A program made the translations under genes and the position numbers. From an uncultured Syntrophomonadaceae bacterium (GTDB lineage: Bacteria; Bacillota; Dethiobacteria; PWVN01), in contig CAZIRG010000001.1 in assembly GCA_964541505.1 (NCBI GenBank), positions 1 to 42,643 on the forward strand: a DNA stretch of 42,643 nucleotides. The letters are read 5' to 3'. The notes below the pieces were generated by a model that worked only from the letters and a program-made list of their open reading frames with translations, searched no databases and had not been told where the DNA came from. Each line of letters opens with the position of its first letter. Position 1 is the first letter of the stretch. Of this stretch, positions 41,587 through 42,643 are shown in pieces.

Positions 41587-42057
41587 CTATTTCTCCTTCT
41601 CAACTTTTGTACTAGACATTTCATCCAACTCTTTTTTAAAAGAATCTATATCTTTAAAATGTTTGTAAACAGAGGCAAAACGCACATAGGCAACTTCATC
41701 GATTCCCCTTAGCTTAGTTAAAATCATATCACCTATTCTTTCTGTAGAAACTTCCTGGTCAAGATAACTGCGGAGTTCTCCCTTTATCTCTTTTACCAGT
41801 TCTTCAAAAACATATAGAGGTATCTTTCTTTTTTCTCCCGCCCTTATTAAGCCATTTAAAACTTTTGTATCATTGAAAATCTCTCTTCTGCCATCTTTTT
41901 TAATAACTACCAATGGGGCCTCCTTGATTTTTTCATAAGTTGTAAACCTCTTTGCGCAGACAACACATTTTCTCCTTCGGCGGATAGCATCTCCACTTTC
42001 TATAGCCCTGGAATCAAGAACTTTTGTTTTCATAGCATCACAATAAGGACACTTCAA
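41587..42057 (-). CDS. nrdR: Transcriptional repressor NrdR
   Basis: It has the Zn ribbon MKCPYC...CVVC followed by an ATP-cone. TTG 42057 lies 9 nt after AGGAGG. Confidence 0.92.
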   Translation of the reverse strand: MKCPYCDAMKTKVLDSRAIESGDAIRRRRKCVVCAKRFTTYEKIKEAPLVVIKKDGRREIFNDTKVLNGLIRAGEKRKIPLYVFEELVKEIKGELRSYLDQEVSTERIGDMILTKLRGIDEVAYVRFASVYKHFKDIDSFKKELDEMSSTKVEKEK

Positions 42058-42079
42058 AAACTCATACCTCCTCCAAAAT

Positions 42080-42110
42080 CTATATATTATATGGTTGATT
42101 AATTATATCA
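42080..42110 (-). promoter_or_regulatory. Candidate nrdR-nrdDG promoter with an overlapping NrdR-box-like palindrome
   Basis: The minus strand has the extended -10 TGATATAAT (42102-42110). It is followed by the near-palindrome CCATATAATATATAG (42080-42094, 12/15 self-complementary), which resembles the AT-rich core of the NrdR box. Confidence 0.35.
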
Positions 42111-42130
42111 TACAACATACAGCATTACTA

Positions 42131-42166
42131 TCTCTAAATAAAAAAAATACAGCCTGTCCAGGCCAG
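42131..42166 (-). terminator. Weak candidate intrinsic terminator after ymxH
   Basis: The minus strand reads GGCCU-GGAC-AGGCU, a 5-bp stem including one G-U pair, followed by GUA and U8. Confidence 0.3.
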
Positions 42167-42274
42167 ATTAATCTCACATCCTTAGCTTAACTTCCTTTCT
42201 CGCAATTATCCTTGAAATAGCAGTTAGTTGGAAGTTGCTCACATAAGCAATTACAAGAATTGCCCCTACTTTTA

Positions 42275-42520
42275 TTAATAAGAAAAACTCTTTAATTCAA
42301 CAAGAATCGTATCCACGCCAATCTTAGTAATGCTTCCCCAGGGAATAACACAGTCTTTTTCTCCACCCAAAAAACTAAATACACGCCCTGCTCCGGCAAC
42401 AATAATCGCCCTTACAGCTCCTGTTTCTATGTCAATATCCAAATCATAAATGACACCAAGGCGGCGCCCATCAACAATATTTATTACTTCTCTATTTTTG
42501 AGTTCAGAAATTTTAATCAT
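42275..42520 (-). CDS. ymxH: YlmC/YmxH-family PRC-barrel protein (sporulation-associated)
   Basis: It is 81 aa and contains ELKNREVINIVDGRRLGVIYDLDIDIETG...IPWGSITKIG, typical of the family. Confidence 0.85.
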   Translation of the reverse strand: MIKISELKNREVINIVDGRRLGVIYDLDIDIETGAVRAIIVAGAGRVFSFLGGEKDCVIPWGSITKIGVDTILVELKSFSY

Positions 42521-42643
42521 CTTATCACCCTGTTTCTTTTATCTATTACTAGTTCATTATATGCATCTTCTTTCCCTTTTGCTTAATTTTTTGTAACTGG
42601 TATGATCAAAAAAGACCTTGGTTGTGGATAACTATTAATGCTA

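Noticed and set aside
42096-42110. A second NrdR box (TGATTAATTATATCA) next to the first
   Set aside because: It is only 10/15 self-complementary, and its spacing to the first box (about 16 bp centre-to-centre) does not fit the usual tandem arrangement. The sequence is better explained as the extended -10 element.
1-42643. Defence systems, prophage, integrase or transposase genes, and rRNA/tRNA/tmRNA genes
   Set aside because: Every ORF longer than about 90 aa that is not an antisense shadow could be assigned to a housekeeping or capsule/TA family. No cloverleaf-like or rRNA-like segments were noticed in the spacers, which are all occupied by the repeats described.

Overview
This is an AT-rich chromosomal segment (by eye about 35-40% GC) from a Firmicutes, Clostridia-like bacterium. 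Supporting signs are GGAGG-type Shine-Dalgarno sites, frequent TTG/GTG starts, a ymxH/ylmC gene, and gene order matching the B. subtilis ylm and ylo clusters. The exact taxon cannot be named from the sequence alone.

Coordinates 11.5-42.6 kb are an almost unbroken run of housekeeping genes on the minus strand. The division-type ylm cluster comes first: ymxH, nrdR-nrdD-nrdG, an HlyD-like protein, ylmE/yggS, sepF, yggT, ylmH, divIVA, ileS, DUF5665, lspA, lgt, rluD. It abuts the ylo cluster: rqcH (plus strand), Ca-ATPase, yicC, remA, gmk, rpoZ, coaBC, priA, def, fmt, DUF116, Zn-peptidase, stp, pknB, rsgA, rpe.

Coordinates 1-11.4 kb look accessory. They hold a decayed XRE gene, a lipid kinase, nfo, an isocitrate dehydrogenase with a long C-terminal extension, ComFB, an AbrB-type antitoxin with a Doc toxin whose Fic motif is degenerate, a CBS-pair protein, and a poly-gamma-glutamate (PGA) capsule locus.

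The best candidates for something undescribed are:
1. The PGA locus has the order capA-like, capB, capC, then a second capA-like domain fused to a CapD/GGT transpeptidase. Both CapA-like modules have lost the metallophosphatase-type histidines.
2. The non-coding DNA is unusually rich in repeats. There is a MITE family with GTAACTAYTCAG terminal inverted repeats and clean 8-bp target duplications (five copies, one nested). Inverted copies of it bracket the 11.4-kb accessory segment.
3. There are palindromic elements built from GACGCTGATT arms.
4. Degenerate heptamer (GTGRGAR) and octamer (RTTAAGAG) tracts sit exactly at gene junctions and sometimes encode the last residues and stop codon of the upstream gene.

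I saw no rRNA, tRNA, CRISPR array, transposase or recognisable defence system. All repeat coordinates were counted by hand and homology calls come from motif recognition, not searches.
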